This document shows, piece after piece, positions 13,903 through 27,790 of a stretch of 64,000 bases of DNA. Origin of the DNA: Geosiphon pyriformis uo1 (lineage: Eukaryota > Fungi > Glomeromycota); contig JAAOMT010000097.1 in the NCBI GenBank assembly GCA_016748015.1, positions 124,001 to 188,000 of the forward strand, written 5' to 3'. The translations under genes and the position numbers were made by a program. The notes under the pieces are model-generated. The model was not told the DNA's origin and searched no databases. It saw only the letters and a program-made list of their open reading frames with translations. Each line of letters opens with the position of its first letter. The stretch's first letter is position 1.

Positions 13903-16900
13903 TTTTTTTTTTTTTTTTTTTTTACATTTTTAACAAATGAGGTCCAAACGTGACCTAGTGCTATACATCATACAAATGATCTAAATTAAATGCGAATCAT
14001 GCGCTTTCTATACGTGACCAGCCACTTGGGCCAGTCAGAACTACACTATACATCTATATGCACAAAAACTGGATCTCCAATATCTGAAAAAAATGGACAA
14101 AACTTACAAAGCCTGAAACCAACTCCAAAAGCCTCAGCCACCCCCAGCAATCTGATCACACCAGCCGAAAACACCATAGGCAAACCAGAAACTGAAGCAG
14201 GAGCAGAGCCATCACGCGGAATCAAACTGTGCTTTTCCATAAACGCTCGGTGTCTGGCCCGAACTAACCAAACATCATCCCGAAATGCTAGACAAAACTC
14301 ACACACAAAGCTCACAATCCTCTTAGCACCCTCCTTAGAATCTTTAAAGACCGAGACAGACTCACAAAACCATTCATCGAAAACAAAGCCCTTACACAGA
14401 GCAACACCAACTCCAACCTCAGAAACACAAGAAGCCAAGGCCTGTAAGACACATGAAGAAGAGCGAGAAAGACCAGAAAGAGCCTCTTAAGCTGAAGCAT
14501 GTGTGCCTAACAAACGAGCATGGCCAATGGCATTCTGAGGACACGAAAAGACATGATCCGAGGTCTTAATGTCACCACAAAACAGACAGACCACACTGGA
14601 GTATCTCCTATTATATAAACGCTTGTGCACAGCAACAGAAAGCCGATGATGAAGAGCCTTCATAAAGTAAGTATGACAGCCTGCCATGCGCATACTGGTA
14701 AAACTAGATGCCAAGTGAGAATCAGGGTGCCACACTATAGAAGACTTAGACCAATTGATATCAGCATACAAACTAACATCCACAACACGAGAACCCACTC
14801 CAATCTCCCAACGAGCTCAATGAACTAACTGGAAAACATCACGAACAAAGTGTCTAGAATTACCAGAAACTGCCGTACTATCAGCACATAGAAAATGTTC
14901 ACTGACTAAATGAGGTAGGTGCCAAGCAGAGAGAGCAGCACTTTTGGCAAGCGCATCAGCATGTTCATTGCCTGAGACACCTGAATGATCTTTCACCTTA
15001 ACCCAATTCACATCCAAATTCTTTTGATGAATGATGGTGGCAATGTGACAATGCTCGATCCAACAGTGGTTCCTGAAATCCAGACAAACCAGCAAAGACT
15101 TTGACCTACATGCATCCAAAGCAGTCTGGCTATTTGAGAACAAGTCAATCAAACGAGAAAAAAGAACACACTCAAGGGCCAAAGCTATGGCTTGCAGTTC
15201 TGTTAGAGTAGAAGAAACCAAACCAGACACCCCAACACCCAAACCCAAGTTAATGTCCTCAAAAAAAATGGCAGCACCTGCTCTCATGTCAACAGTGCCC
15301 AGACCAGAAAGAGATCCATCTGTATACAGAGAAAAGCGGGCAGCATCAATGGTCGGCAAAGTGTCATGAATCACACCAAAATCATGAGAAAGACAAACAT
15401 CAGACACAGCATGACCATCCACCAAAGAAGAACTTGAGGAGAGAGGCACAATGCTACCAAGAAAGCGAACAGAAAGTTTAAACCAGAAAGGGACTGGACC
15501 ATGAGAGTCCAGCCTCTTCTAACACTTGAAAGTCCCCCAACTGAAAACATCACCATTATGGTCATGAAGCTGTTTCACAAAAGCAATTCCATAACGCCTA
15601 AGCGAAGAGATGCACTTGAAAAAACAGGATTCACCAAGAACCAAAGACATAGGAGTACTATACTGACGACGAAAAGCACAAGCTAGAGGGCCACCCAAAG
15701 ACAAATCACACCCAGAAAAAATGCAAATCACACCCGCCAAAAAATTATCCGAGGGACTGATACCAACACGAACCGGAAACAACAAGGGATGACGAGGATG
15801 CCAGCTGAGAACCTGGAGGTCATAAAACTTATAAGAAAACAAGTAACCCAAGACACCAGTAGAATTTGCAAAAGCAATAACGGAGGCCGATTTACTCTCA
15901 GCCTGGATCTGTTCGAAAGTTTTTAAATTGTACAAAGAGGGGTGATGAAGTGCATTACTGGGAAAATCATGTGGCAATCCAGACTTGGACTTTAAGACCT
16001 TGCATACTAAAGCATCCCATTTACTACAAACACCAACAGAAACAAAACTGAACTGAGTCCTGTAGCTGATGATAGGGAAAAGAACTGCAGACACCAAATA
16101 TGCACACTGTTTGTCTGAAATCACTTTTCTCAAAACAAAATTCACAAAAAACTGTACATCAGCTTGAGGTTTAGCCAAGCTAGGCTTTAAAAGACTCTTA
16201 AAAGACAAAAAAATACCCAAATAGTGATGAGATTCCCCTCTCTTGGCAATGGAAATAAGCGCATCACTGATAGTTAAATAAGGATCCAGCACCTGGCAAT
16301 TGATGGAGATGGTCACCGTTTTGTCATTGTTTACAGAAATATTGTTAAATCTAAAAAACTCATTAACAACATCAAGAATGCATTGTGTAGCAGCCTGGCT
16401 GCTACCAACCCAAATAGTATCATCAACAAAAGTGCCAGCAGCAAGAAATGAAGACAGCCCAGCTTGAGGATCCATCTGGCCAGTTCTTGATATGAAATGA
16501 GAATTCAACCTGTAGCTATACACACTATCCTGTCTCTTGACCTTACACAAAAGTGAATCATAAAAAATACGTCAGAGAAGAGGTGAAAAAACTTCTCCCT
16601 GATCCAGCCCATCATGGACACAATACCCATCAGTCAAGCCAAAGTCAGTCATCACTCTGTTGACGCGACCATTGTGAATACTGCCAAAAAATCTAATAAA
16701 CCTGTCACACATTTTGATCCTGACTAGACTCCTCCTAAGATGTTTCCAACCAACTGAGTCATAAGCCTTGCGCATGTCCTGTAAAACCAGCCAAAGTTCA
16801 CGGTTCTTTTCCAAGGCATCCTCAACCACAGAACCGATAGCAAAAATGGGAGATTACATTGTCGTACCCTTCAAAACTGAAAAATTGTCCCTACGAAGAA

Positions 16901-19900
16901 CATTAAAAGTGCTGCAAGCCAGAGAGATTCTATCTGAAAAGATCTTGGAGAGAATCTTGCAGGCCATTTTAATTAAAGCTATAGGATGGGTGTTTGTGAG
17001 AACTCCCTCCCATTCATATGGTTTAGGAATCATCGAAACCCAAGCTTCTCTCCAAGGCCCAGGGACCGACTCGCCAACCAAACAGAAATTCAAGAACACC
17101 AAAAGCATATCCAAAACAGATTTGTCACAATGTTTCCATAATTTGTTGGAGATACCAGAAAGACCAGCCGCTTTTCCATCAAAAAAATCCTTGACAACAG
17201 CTGACAACTCATCAAAACTAATCAAACACATGACATCAGAGAAAGCACCATCAAACACGTAATCCAGAGGCCGATATTGACAAACCCAATCCTCAGACAA
17301 GTCAGACACCACCTCACGTTTTCTGGTCCATCCCTCCATAATTTTGTCCACCTTAGACTTAACCAAAACAGGCTCTAAAATCAACTCATCTTCTACAACC
17401 AAATGATCCAGGACCACCTTGCGAAAAGGATGCTCCAAAACACTCCTAATGGTGTGACCCTTGTTCAGCTCAAAACTCTCTATCCTCTTACCAATAGCCT
17501 GCTTGATTGAGGATTCTTCGGCGTGCTTGGATTCCACTAATTTGAATGAGTGGTATGATTTTCTTGCTTTGGCCAGCGCAGAACGAATAAGATCAAAATT
17601 AGAATCTGAAAGAAACAGAGACTTAACCACTGATGCACCAGGGGAGTTGAATCTGTGCCACACCTCCAACAAAGAAGCAAAACCATCACTAGAAGCCAAA
17701 TACGAAGTCTTGACCAACTTAGAAACCAGCAGCTCCAGCTTGTGAAACCTAGAAAAAGTCTTGGTAAACACACCATCAAAACCTTTGAACCATTTTTTCT
17801 TAAATGTACCACCTGCTGAAAGAACCATAATCTTGCGAAAAATGTCCCACATAGTATCCATATCTGAAAATCTTACTGCCACACCAAAAGCATCTGAGAA
17901 CATAGAAACATTAGCAGCTGAGGCATCCTTGAACTCCAACCACTTAGCTTTATTGGCACTTTTGACATCAAACTTCCAACGGTCTTTATTCGCTTGCTTG
18001 CAAAGAGAATTCAAATGTGTATCCAAGAGCCTGCCCAAACCCAAATCCACTGAAACAGCTTGATGGTCTGTGTCAAAATGCTCACTGACATTCAAAACTT
18101 CATGACGCACTATTGCATTGACAAGACTTGAGGAGACAAACACGTAATCAATTGTTTTCTTAACACCCCTAAAATTTTCCCAAGTGGGCATTTTTGCAGC
18201 CAGGCTACCAACTAAAGAATTGACCAGACCCAAATCAAAGCATCTTTTGAAACTTGCACTTTTATGAGAGCCGTCTTCATTAAAATCGCCACCGAGAATG
18301 ATGAAAGAAGATTTGTTGACAGCTTTCACAATAAGAGAATTGATTTCACCAGCCTGAGAGAACTGAACCACCGAAGAAGCACCAGCATAAAGCCCCAAAA
18401 TTGACACAGAAAGTTTACCCTTGAAAAGTAATTTAATGGAAAGGAGCCGACCAGGCACCTCAAAAATCTTGCACACATGATGAGCCAAAGAAACGTCCAT
18501 GATAACAGCAACACCCACACCTAAGTGACCAGAGTTCAAACCAGAAGAGAACACTTAGACACCATCAAACTTGTCTGCAATCCATGGACGAACCTTACTT
18601 TTTAATTTCGTTTCAGTAATGATAGAGACCAAATTGTTCATTTCCTTATGCCACCTAATAATGTCCTCTTGCTTAGCGAGATTGTTCATGTCCCTGATAT
18701 TGCACGTAGTAACTTTCCAGACTAAACTGCTCATTGAGTGAGGGGTAGAGACACCAAAAGCGCACCTATACTATCCATTTTGGCCAAAAGGCCCAGAACC
18801 GTCTCCATTAGACACTTCATGCTGTCTTCCAGCTTAGACACTAAAGACACATCAAAAGACACCACTCCCGCGACATTCCCACCACTAGTGGACACACCTG
18901 AACCCTCACTCATCACTACATCTGCCCCTTAATCCTGTAATGAAAAAGTTACCAACAGCTGACATCCAGGGCTAGGCTGGGGAACCATTGGCCCAAGTGC
19001 ATCCAACCTCTTAGCCAGCTTACCAACTTGCTCCGCGAGGCTGGCGAGACTGCGCTCAAGAGCAGTGAACCTATCATTGACTTCCATCACAACCGGTTGG
19101 AACGGCTTCATCTCCGAAGAGGAGCCATTATTCACCACAACGTTCTGACCAGAAAGGGGGAGCGAAAAGCACCCGCGAGCAACCTTTGCCCAAGAGAGAC
19201 CACCAAAAGAGACCAGATGGGCAACTGGAGCCAAGTGTTTGGCATAGATGATTGCTAGCCTGCTTTTATCTGTATCCGAAAAAACTCTACACAGCAAACT
19301 ACCAGAAGATAATTTCCTACCAACTGCACAACCCAATGACGTGTGACCCAATTTCTCACACTTGGTGTATTTAGCAGAAATGAGACGAGACCAGTGGAGA
19401 TTGGTGTTCCTGAGTACTGGTGTGGTTTCCACAGCAGCATCCAATGATTCAGCAGAGTCGAAACAAACAACAGCACATCTGGCCTGAGCATACGTAACAG
19501 AATGATGATCAATGACGCATGTTTTCCCACCCACAGATCTAACAAAGTCCCAGATATCATGAGCAGTGGTCCCTATCGGCAATGTGTAAAGCAGTGCTCT
19601 ATGTTGGTCTCTTACATCCCACACTTCCTTGTCTGAATCAGCCCTAGCCATACATACAGCATTTTTCCCGATTAAGATGGACCACTCAGCTGTGACCAAA
19701 TCAGCCTGATCCGATCATTCGAATTCCACCATTGCCTTCTGCCACAGCCCGATTAACTGCATCTTGATTGCCTTAATAACTCCAAATTCAGATAGCGCAG
19801 TGCACACAGCCTCAACCGATGTTCCAATTGGAATTTCTTTCATGACCACAGCCCAATCTGAGTGACCAGCTGATCTTTTAAGATTGGTGTTTACCATAAT

Positions 19901-20677
19901 ATTTGCACCAGTAGCCTTTTCAGTGGCTTTCATTAGATCTGATTCGGAAGTGAATGTTGCTCTGATGATCCCTAAGAATTTTGAGAGGGTAGACACCCCC
20001 CCAAAACCATTAATTCCAGAAAATAAACTCCTGATCTTCTTGAGCTTTTCCTGGGCCGAATTTCCTTCTACTGCTTTCAGATCCAAATTCAAAGCAAATG
20101 ACTTTCTAATCGAAACATTGACCAGGTTCTTAAGAGGAGGGGGAAGCACCAGAGGGGCATCCAGAAGAACATCATCATTATCATTGTTATCCAAGAAGTC
20201 GATCTTTCCCAAAGGTTTTCTCAATGCTTTCCTAGTTGTCAACCGCAAACCTTTCGGCATTTGATTCAAATCTCTACCAACGAGTGCACCATCTTCACCA
20301 TAATCGAAACTTGTCTCCTCAACAAGACATTTCTCTTCCATATCAACACTGTCAGATTCTGTGGTATTACCAGTCTTCAAACCCCATGAATGACCACTTT
20401 GCACCTTAGCAGAACCCTCTTCAGCATCAGCATTGTCCTCAAGAACACCACCTCTTCTCTTTTTTCTTGACAGAACAGTCTTGAAACCACCCTCAGAGCC
20501 AGAACTTTTAACCATCTGTTTCATAACAGCAATACTAGAGCCAACAACAGCCTCATAATCAAGCAGAAATAGTTTGGATTTATCATACTGAATGGTAAAA
20601 AACTTCTTCCAAAAAACTTTTGACTCTTTTTTTTAGAATTTATGGAGGAACGAGAGAAAGAAGTTTTTTTCCTATTT
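13903..20677 (-). mobile_element. Near full-length but inactivated LINE copy B: ORF1 (about 20524-18731, CCHC-like knuckle) and ORF2 (about 18734-14046: APE endonuclease, RT, RNase H, C-terminal zinc motif), 3' poly(A)
   Basis: ILGGDFNE, IDYVFVS and DTDHQAV (APE); LQDMRKAYDSV, GLDQGEVFSPLL and FVDDTIW (RT); LYTDGS..TELQAI..KVKDHSGVSGNEHADALA (RNase H); CLFCGD..DHVFSC. Poly-T at 13903-13923. Several premature stops. Confidence 0.96.
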
Positions 20678-21835
20678 TTTAATATAAGTTAAATAAAAAA
20701 AATCTAAAAATAGAAGATTAATTTCAAAATAATTTAAAAATAATAATATAAACATATTTATAATTTAAGAAAAATTTTTATTAAAAGTTAAAAAATATAT
20801 AAAATAAGTATATACAAATTTAAAATATATACAAACAAAATTTATAATTAATATAAATAAATTTTTTTCAAGTTTTTTTATTGTTATAAATATAACTTAA
20901 ATATTAATAAAAATATTAAAAATACATAATAACTAAATACTTTACTAAATTTTATTATTAATAACATATCTGTATTTTTTTAAAAAAAAATAAAATAAGA
21001 TTTATTATAACTTTTATTATAAAAATATATATAGTTAATATTAACAATAATAATAATAATAATATTAATAATAATAACAATAATAATAATAATAACAATA
21101 ATAATAATAATAACAATATTAAAATAAAATTAGCAAATACTTAAAACATATAATTAAATAAGTATTTTAGATTTTTTTTAGATTTTGCTAAATAAAACTG
21201 TTTTTTAAATAATAAATTAACTTGATTAGTAATAATCAATATTGCATATTATTTTATAACTTAATTTATTTAAGTACAACAATTTTATTTGTAATTTTAT
21301 TCTAAAAAAATTTAAAATTATACATAATTTAAATTTAAATTTACTTTTTGTACATATTATATATATTAAATCAAAATAATGTTTTTGTTAATTAATTTTT
21401 TTTAAATTTTAATATGTATTTTTAACTTTTACAAATTTTAAGAATTTTTAAATTAATTTAAGTATTTAAATATTTATGTTAATTTATATTGTATAAATTG
21501 TAAACAACAAATATTATTTGTTTTTAATATTAACAATCTTGAAATTATTATTTAATATATGATTTATTATATAAGATTAAACCTAATATTAAGAAAGCAA
21601 TTTTATTTTTATAGTATATTATATACAAAATTTTTATAATTTGTTTATTATGAAATTTTTTACATATGAATTTTTATTAAACAGAGTTTTGCAATAGAAA
21701 ATTTAGCATTTATGTCATATTTGCTTTATATGAAAACTTGTTTATTTGTTATGTCTCAGAATTTACATTTTAAATTCAAAAATTTAAGCGTTTTGATTTT
21801 TAACTTATATATAATACGGGAAAAATTAAATATCA

Positions 21836-21954
21836 AAATTACGGCACTCTGTATTCCCGCGTGGTCCCCCACCGCAGTACTGACAGAGCCATCAGTGGCT
21901 TAACTTCGGAGATCGGACGGGTTCCGGTGCTTTTCACTGTGTATGGCCGTAATT
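21836..21954 (-). rRNA. 5S rRNA gene, dispersed single copy
   Basis: Reverse complement AATTACGGCCATAC..AGCACCGGAACCCGTCCGATCTCCGAAGTTAAGC..GTACTGCGGTGGGGGACCACGCGGGAATAC..GTGCCGTAATTT is about 119 nt with paired termini and ends in a T-run (Pol III terminator). Confidence 0.97.
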
Positions 21955-22066
21955 AAAATTTTCTCAACACATTGCTATACAAAGAGTAGAATTTTTTTTT
22001 GAAACAAAATTCAGATTCTTTTACTAATTCCCAAACTCTATTGACCTGAATTCTGAATTTCAAAAG

Positions 22067-22663
22067 ATGGGTAAACCAAAAAGTATGTCCAAGTTCCTTC
22101 TTTCAGTTCACTAATTTCAAGTAAACCTGAAATTTTTTAACTGGCAAAAAAACAGAACGTTGTGACTTCCTTCCACACGAAATGCAAATAGACGAGAAAA
22201 AAAAACAACCTCTTCTTTCGAGACGCATGGAGATTGATGCATGGTCTCTTCCAAGTAAATAACAATAAAAAATAAAGTTCATAAAAATATCGCTTGCCGA
22301 TTCCTTATTACTGTTAGGAGTATATCATTATCGTAGAAAATCCTTTGTTTCCCTCTCTTTGACTAACACTTTTGAAACCAAACTTTATTGCGAGACATAG
22401 CAAAACAAAACATTACAATACCACAACCACCAAAACTGAATCCTCCGGTCCAGACCCAACTTCGTACAAAACAAGGCGCCCAAAGCATTTTACATAAAAC
22501 TATTAAAAAGAAGCCCGGGAAAAAAGTCAAAACCAAAGAAAAGAAGCGACAGAATGTACTCTTGCAGAAAGCATTAGCGCGTATGGATAAGGAAGAGACA
22601 AAATTGGATATCAAAATGGAGAAGGTGGTGAAACAAAAACAACGAAAGTTACTCTGGGAATGA
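22067..22663 (+). CDS. Small basic protein, probably Alb1/Ecm1-like pre-60S shuttling factor
   Basis: Starts MGKPK, has introns, and ends in a K/R-rich C-terminus KRQNVLLQKALARMDKEETKLDIKMEKVVKQKQRKLLWE resembling the Alb1 domain. Confidence 0.55.
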
Positions 22664-22798
22664 GCAAATCATCCTTGTCAAATTAGAATTACATGCGAAA
22701 ATTATATTACTTATGTTTAACTTATTATAATAGAAATCCCAAATCTAAATTTATGGAATCTCGGGAGAAAATGAGGCAATATTCTAGATATGGAATAT

Positions 22799-25700
22799 TT
22801 AATGCATTGATTTTGTGCGTTTTCTTTCCTTCTTTTCTTTGGCATCATTTTGATTAGCACGTTCACTTGAAGCTGCCCTCAATTTTAAGAGCACTAAACA
22901 TGAAAAAATCATAGATTTCTGTTAGCGAAAGAAGCCAAGAGTTAAATTACATTAAATGTACCTGACCAATTTACCTCGATCTAGAGCCAGCTCAATTATA
23001 CACCGATTCTTTATCAGTGCCAAAACGGGCCAAGTCGACTGCTCGCCCTTCAGAATCCAGTAATCTAATGCTCCCGTTGTTGGATTAGAGAAAAGTTCTT
23101 TAAAGTCCTAGATTTCACGAATGATGAATCATTAAAAGGGATGTCGAATTAACCCAAAATTCGAAATATTTTGAGCTACCTTGAATGAGACATGTGGGAC
23201 AATAGTCACGTGCCCAGAGACTTTGTCATCTACCATTCCACGAAGTATTCGTGGAATTAATCTCATATGTTCCAGCTATAAGAAAACATAGAATGAAACC
23301 TGTGAAATTTTAACAACTATACAACAATACAAGAGAGTGATTCGAATTCAAACCTGTAAGATTCGATGACGGAATTCAGATGAAATAAAATGGCCACATT
23401 TATACAAAATGGTTCCTGTTTGTGACATTGGCTCTTTTGGCAAGAATGGCACGATATATGGGTTTGCTTGAGATACAATAAAGTGATTAACATTAAAGAG
23501 CTCCGTAATTTTCTGAAATGGGGATTCACTATAGAACGAACGAAATTTGTAACATGAGGTTAGAAACTGGTAAGGAAGGTTCGAAAAGTACAGATTGCAA
23601 GTTAATCTTACCTTTCTGAAGGGGCAGAGTCGATCCATTTTTTCCATTTTACATCTGAAGAATAGATGTTAATTTATTAGAATCTCATATGCTAGTAAGT
23701 TCCATGATCTTTTGATTATAATTGAATTTGAATGACTAAAACACTTTAATACCAGAAGGGGCCCATGGAACAATTGCTCCAGTCTTATCCTTTGCCAGAA
23801 GCTCAACACTATTATAAAGACCCATCATAGCAGCTGAGGCAAGAGCAGCACTTCGTATTAACTAACTCAATTAAAAAGTTAGTTCGTGAAATTGTTAAAT
23901 GGAAAATTTATGATTTTTTTCATTGTTTCAAGACCTACAACATTAGGCGCTGTCAAATAATTTAATAGTTGAGGAACTTCGAATTTCCTGGTCGAAGAGA
24001 CCGTGATATTGAGGATTCGCTTTGTTTTTACAAAAGCTTCCTAAGGAATTTCAAGAAATTCAGTATTCAATTTTGGGGTGAAAAAAGACTCAAAACACAA
24101 AAGTGATGGTCACATACTTCAAAGGTTAGATCCTCCACGTTACTCCGAACACATTCTTCCAAAACTCTAACATCCATAAGATAGCCTGTGACAACCAGTA
24201 TAAATTAAATTTCCGATTCAATAAATCAGATAATTGAAATTTTTCGCTAATATGTATTTACCATGTTTTAAAAAACGTATTATCTTTCGTTGAATGTTGC
24301 CTTTTTGACCAACTTTGCTGAAGGCCCCCAGGTCAATACCACCAGGCTCAAAAATTTTCTGTAGATAAAATAGAAAACCAAAATCAATCATGTCACTGAA
24401 TCAAAATGAATTCGAAAATAATTTTGATACCGACCGGTAATTCTTCATCAGTGTGAATACAGATTAGAGCGGCGATTAATGCCCCGATCGCAGTTCCACT
24501 AATAATTCTTGGTAACAGTCCATTCTCTTTCAGTGCCTTACAAACTCCCAAATGGTAAAGACCTGGAAAATTCAATAATTATTTAGAGTAAATTAAGAGG
24601 AAAATGGTTAAATTGAAAAATGAACTTCACCTACCAAATGTGGCACCACCATAAAGTACCAAAGCAGTACAGCCAAAACTTTGTCTTGTATCATTAAAGA
24701 ATTCAATTTTGGATTGAAGAGTTAAATCGTTGAAATCTGTGCACGCAATACATTCAAGCTGATCCACGACTTCCTGCGTGTAATCTTCAATCAGCTTTTT
24801 AGTTCTGCAAGAAAATCTTTTGAAATCAATTATGATATTCGAATCTAAATAGAAAAAAAAAGATTTCATTACTCAAAAATAATCACCCCAAATATGACCG
24901 CTCGAATAATTTCGGATCATTTAATCCGCCCAGATTCCGTAATAAACCTAGAGAGAAATGAATTTCTTGAAATTAGAAATTCATAAAAAGAATTACTCGT
25001 TTTTCATGAATTTACTAACCTGACCTTAGCAAGTAGATCATGGCACAAACATCGTTTTTCTCTCTTGCTTGTTTGAGATGTTCCAGCCTATGCTTGATGA
25101 AAGCACTATCGTAAAAAGGTGATTCAGGTTTTTCTTTCCATGCATCGTTTCCTTTGATTTCAAAAATAAGGAACATGATTAAACCTTAAAATCAAGATTT
25201 AAAAATAGGAAAAAAAACATTTGCAAATCATCGGTTTACCTAAGAGTCTACGACCAAAAATTAAAAATAAGGCTTATAAAATTAGCATATTTCTAATTTG
25301 ACTCGAATCCCTTTCCTCGAAATATTTGAGATTTACAAAATGATCAACAATAAAAATAAAAACTCACAAATCCAATTCATGAGCTTTTCTCGCCCATTCT
25401 TCATAGGTATTTGCATGCCATAAATCAAGCCGTACTTGTTGAGCCAGGGTTCTCGAATGTCTAAGTTTATTAGATATCGTCTAAAAAAACAAAATATTAT
25501 TCCACAAAATCATGATAAATTTCCTGAAATCAGATAATTTGAATACACTTACCCGCCATACAGACACCACAAATCGGACCACGAAATAGAAAAAAGCAGT
25601 AGCGAAATATCCCAAAGCTCGGGTGACAAACGACTTTCAACAAAGGATTAGATAAAAAAGGTATAAAATTAATTTTAGAATTTTCTCAAGTTCCCTTGTC

Positions 25701-25855
25701 ATCTTAAAGACTTGATAAATAGAAATATTTTTATGAAAATACCCTGAAAAAGATTAGATACAAGAAAAATATAAGTTTCACTTTCCCATTGTGATAATTT
25801 CAAATCAGAGAAAGAAAAGTTTTTATGAAAAAAAAAGGTTACAAACCACAAACAT
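22799..25855 (-). CDS. TGL3/TGL4-type patatin-domain triacylglycerol lipase homolog (DUF3336 + patatin); catalytic Ser appears replaced
   Basis: TYEEWARKAHELDLLLGNDAWK, RQSFGCTALVLYGGATFGLYHLGVCKAL, IISGTAIG, LLNYLTAPNV, ELFNVNHFIVSQANPY. Start codon uncertain. Confidence 0.88.
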
Positions 25856-26847
25856 AATAGTATAGAAGGGGGGATTTCTTGTATTTCTTGACAGGCTTTT
25901 TACACTCAAAACTTTTTCAAAATAATTAACTGCCGCAAAGTCTTTTCTCCTGCTAACCAACTCTTTATGTAATATTTGCTGACATGATTGTTCGTTAAAT
26001 AGGTAAAAGATCAATTTGGTATGATCACATGGAATAATGCATTGTATGGTTTAGATTTACCATTTACAAACAATGCATGTCAAAAATAAATTAAAAACTT
26101 GTTTTGGGCCGGCGAAAGATGGATTGACATGAGGGGTTGGTCACAATGAAATTTAACGTTGGAAATTAGAAGTATGTTGAATCATTGCTTGGTTCATTGT
26201 GGTCAATTCCTTGGGGTTAGTTGGTTGGTTGATTGATTGATTAATTTCAATCAATTAATTTCAACCCTTTCCTAGAAAAATTTTAGCCTTCTCTCCTTTT
26301 CTTTAAAATTCAAAAAGTCTAAAATAAAAATGATATTCAATATAAAACTTATGCTAATTATTATTAAATATAGCTCTTAGATATTCAAATGTCTAAAATT
26401 TTAAATATGAAAATTTAAATAAAAAATGGTTTAAAATTAGGATTTTTTTTAAATCCAATGAATAAATTTTGCCTTTCAGTAAAATCTCTTGTTATCACTC
26501 ATTTTTTCTAACTTTTGTCTGAAACCGTTCTTTCATTAAAAGAGGCTGTTTCTGGCTTCATTTCATCTTTTTCTTTTTCTTGAGTTGAGTAATTAGATGA
26601 GACTTAAGATATTTAAAGTTTAAATTAATTTTTAACTTTTTAGTTTTCGATCGTTTCTAATCATTTTCGTTTAAAAAAAAATTTTCAACATCAGGTAACA
26701 TATTATTACCAAAGGAAACTTTGGGAAATATTTGAGACAAGAACTGAAAATATATATTCTTAGGATATTGTTTGGAAGTTTTTTGATCACAATTTATAAT
26801 AAATAACGGATGATGAGAACTTTCAAAGTAATCATTGTGCTTATTGT

Positions 26848-27790
26848 ACAGTTCCAACTTACTTAATTTTTAAACCAAATAAAAAATTCTAATTATTACT
26901 TTGTCACCCTCTATTTGACTCTAATACTGCTTCAATCCTCCTTGGCATTGAGGTAATAACTTCTTCGAGAACATAGGTATCAAATTTCTCTCATTCCTCC
27001 TTTAGGGCAATTTAAAGACTTCATATTTTTGGATATTATCCTTCAACACCTTTAATTGCTTTCTGAAATGGAGACAAATTGGGTTTTAAGATTTCAAGGT
27101 AAGTACTTACATTTATTTTTTTACCATTTCTTTGGTATTTATCACAAAATACTAATGGTCCTTTTAATCCTCCCGCGAAACACCTTTAAACTATTATGAA
27201 TTTTAGTCCACTTTTGAAAGTAAGGATTAAGCAATTAGCATTAAATTTTTTTTCCAGTGTGCCGCCAAACTCTTGACCATCGCGATTGGTTCCTAATTTA
27301 CATACCCGTCTCATTAAAGAAGATAACTTTTGCCCAATTATATTTTTTTTTTCCTAAAACGAGTATAAGTATGTGTTTCTGAGATATAAGATTTTTTAGC
27401 TGCTATATGTGACTGAAATCCGGAGTTATAGAGTACATTTGGGGGTAGTTGACATACCGCATTTTAGACCTAAATTATTGACAATTTCATTATGGTGGAT
27501 GTCGTTTTTCTTTGGCTTTACACACTAGAAAATCTTTTTCATGGTTAGTAAGAATTTGTGGTCTTCCAAAATGTGATAAGTTTTTACTTTTTCCTGTTCT
27601 TTTGATACTTGTCAATAAAGCGCCGTATTGTTGTGCAATCACATCCAAGCATTTTTGCAATTTTTGCGAGATTTATGGTTTTCATGTATGCAAGAATCTT
27701 CCCTTTGTCCATTTTTCTTTCCAGATTGAGAGAATAATAATTATCGATATTTTTCACTGCAAAAAAAAAAAGCTAAAGTTCTTGAACTCC
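26848..27790 (-). mobile_element. Degenerate Tc1/mariner DNA transposon relic
   Basis: Minus-strand fragments GRPQILT (HTH linker), TFKSG..IV*RCFAGGLKGPLV and C-terminal SMPRRIEAVLESNRG, with stops and deletions. Possible terminus TACAGTTCC at about 26847; matching TIR not found. Confidence 0.75.

Noticed and set aside
13990-20264. Plus-strand ORFs over the LINE and other antisense ORFs in the track
   Set aside because: Shadow frames of real minus-strand coding sequence with no recognisable motifs.
21040-21120. AAT/AAC-rich periodic array
   Set aside because: Simple degenerate microsatellite with no spacer structure; not CRISPR-like.
25742-25790. Possible 1-nt micro-exon at the start of the patatin gene
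   Set aside because: It needs a 38-nt intron, too short for this genome; an upstream ATG TTT GTG exon explains the frame more simply.
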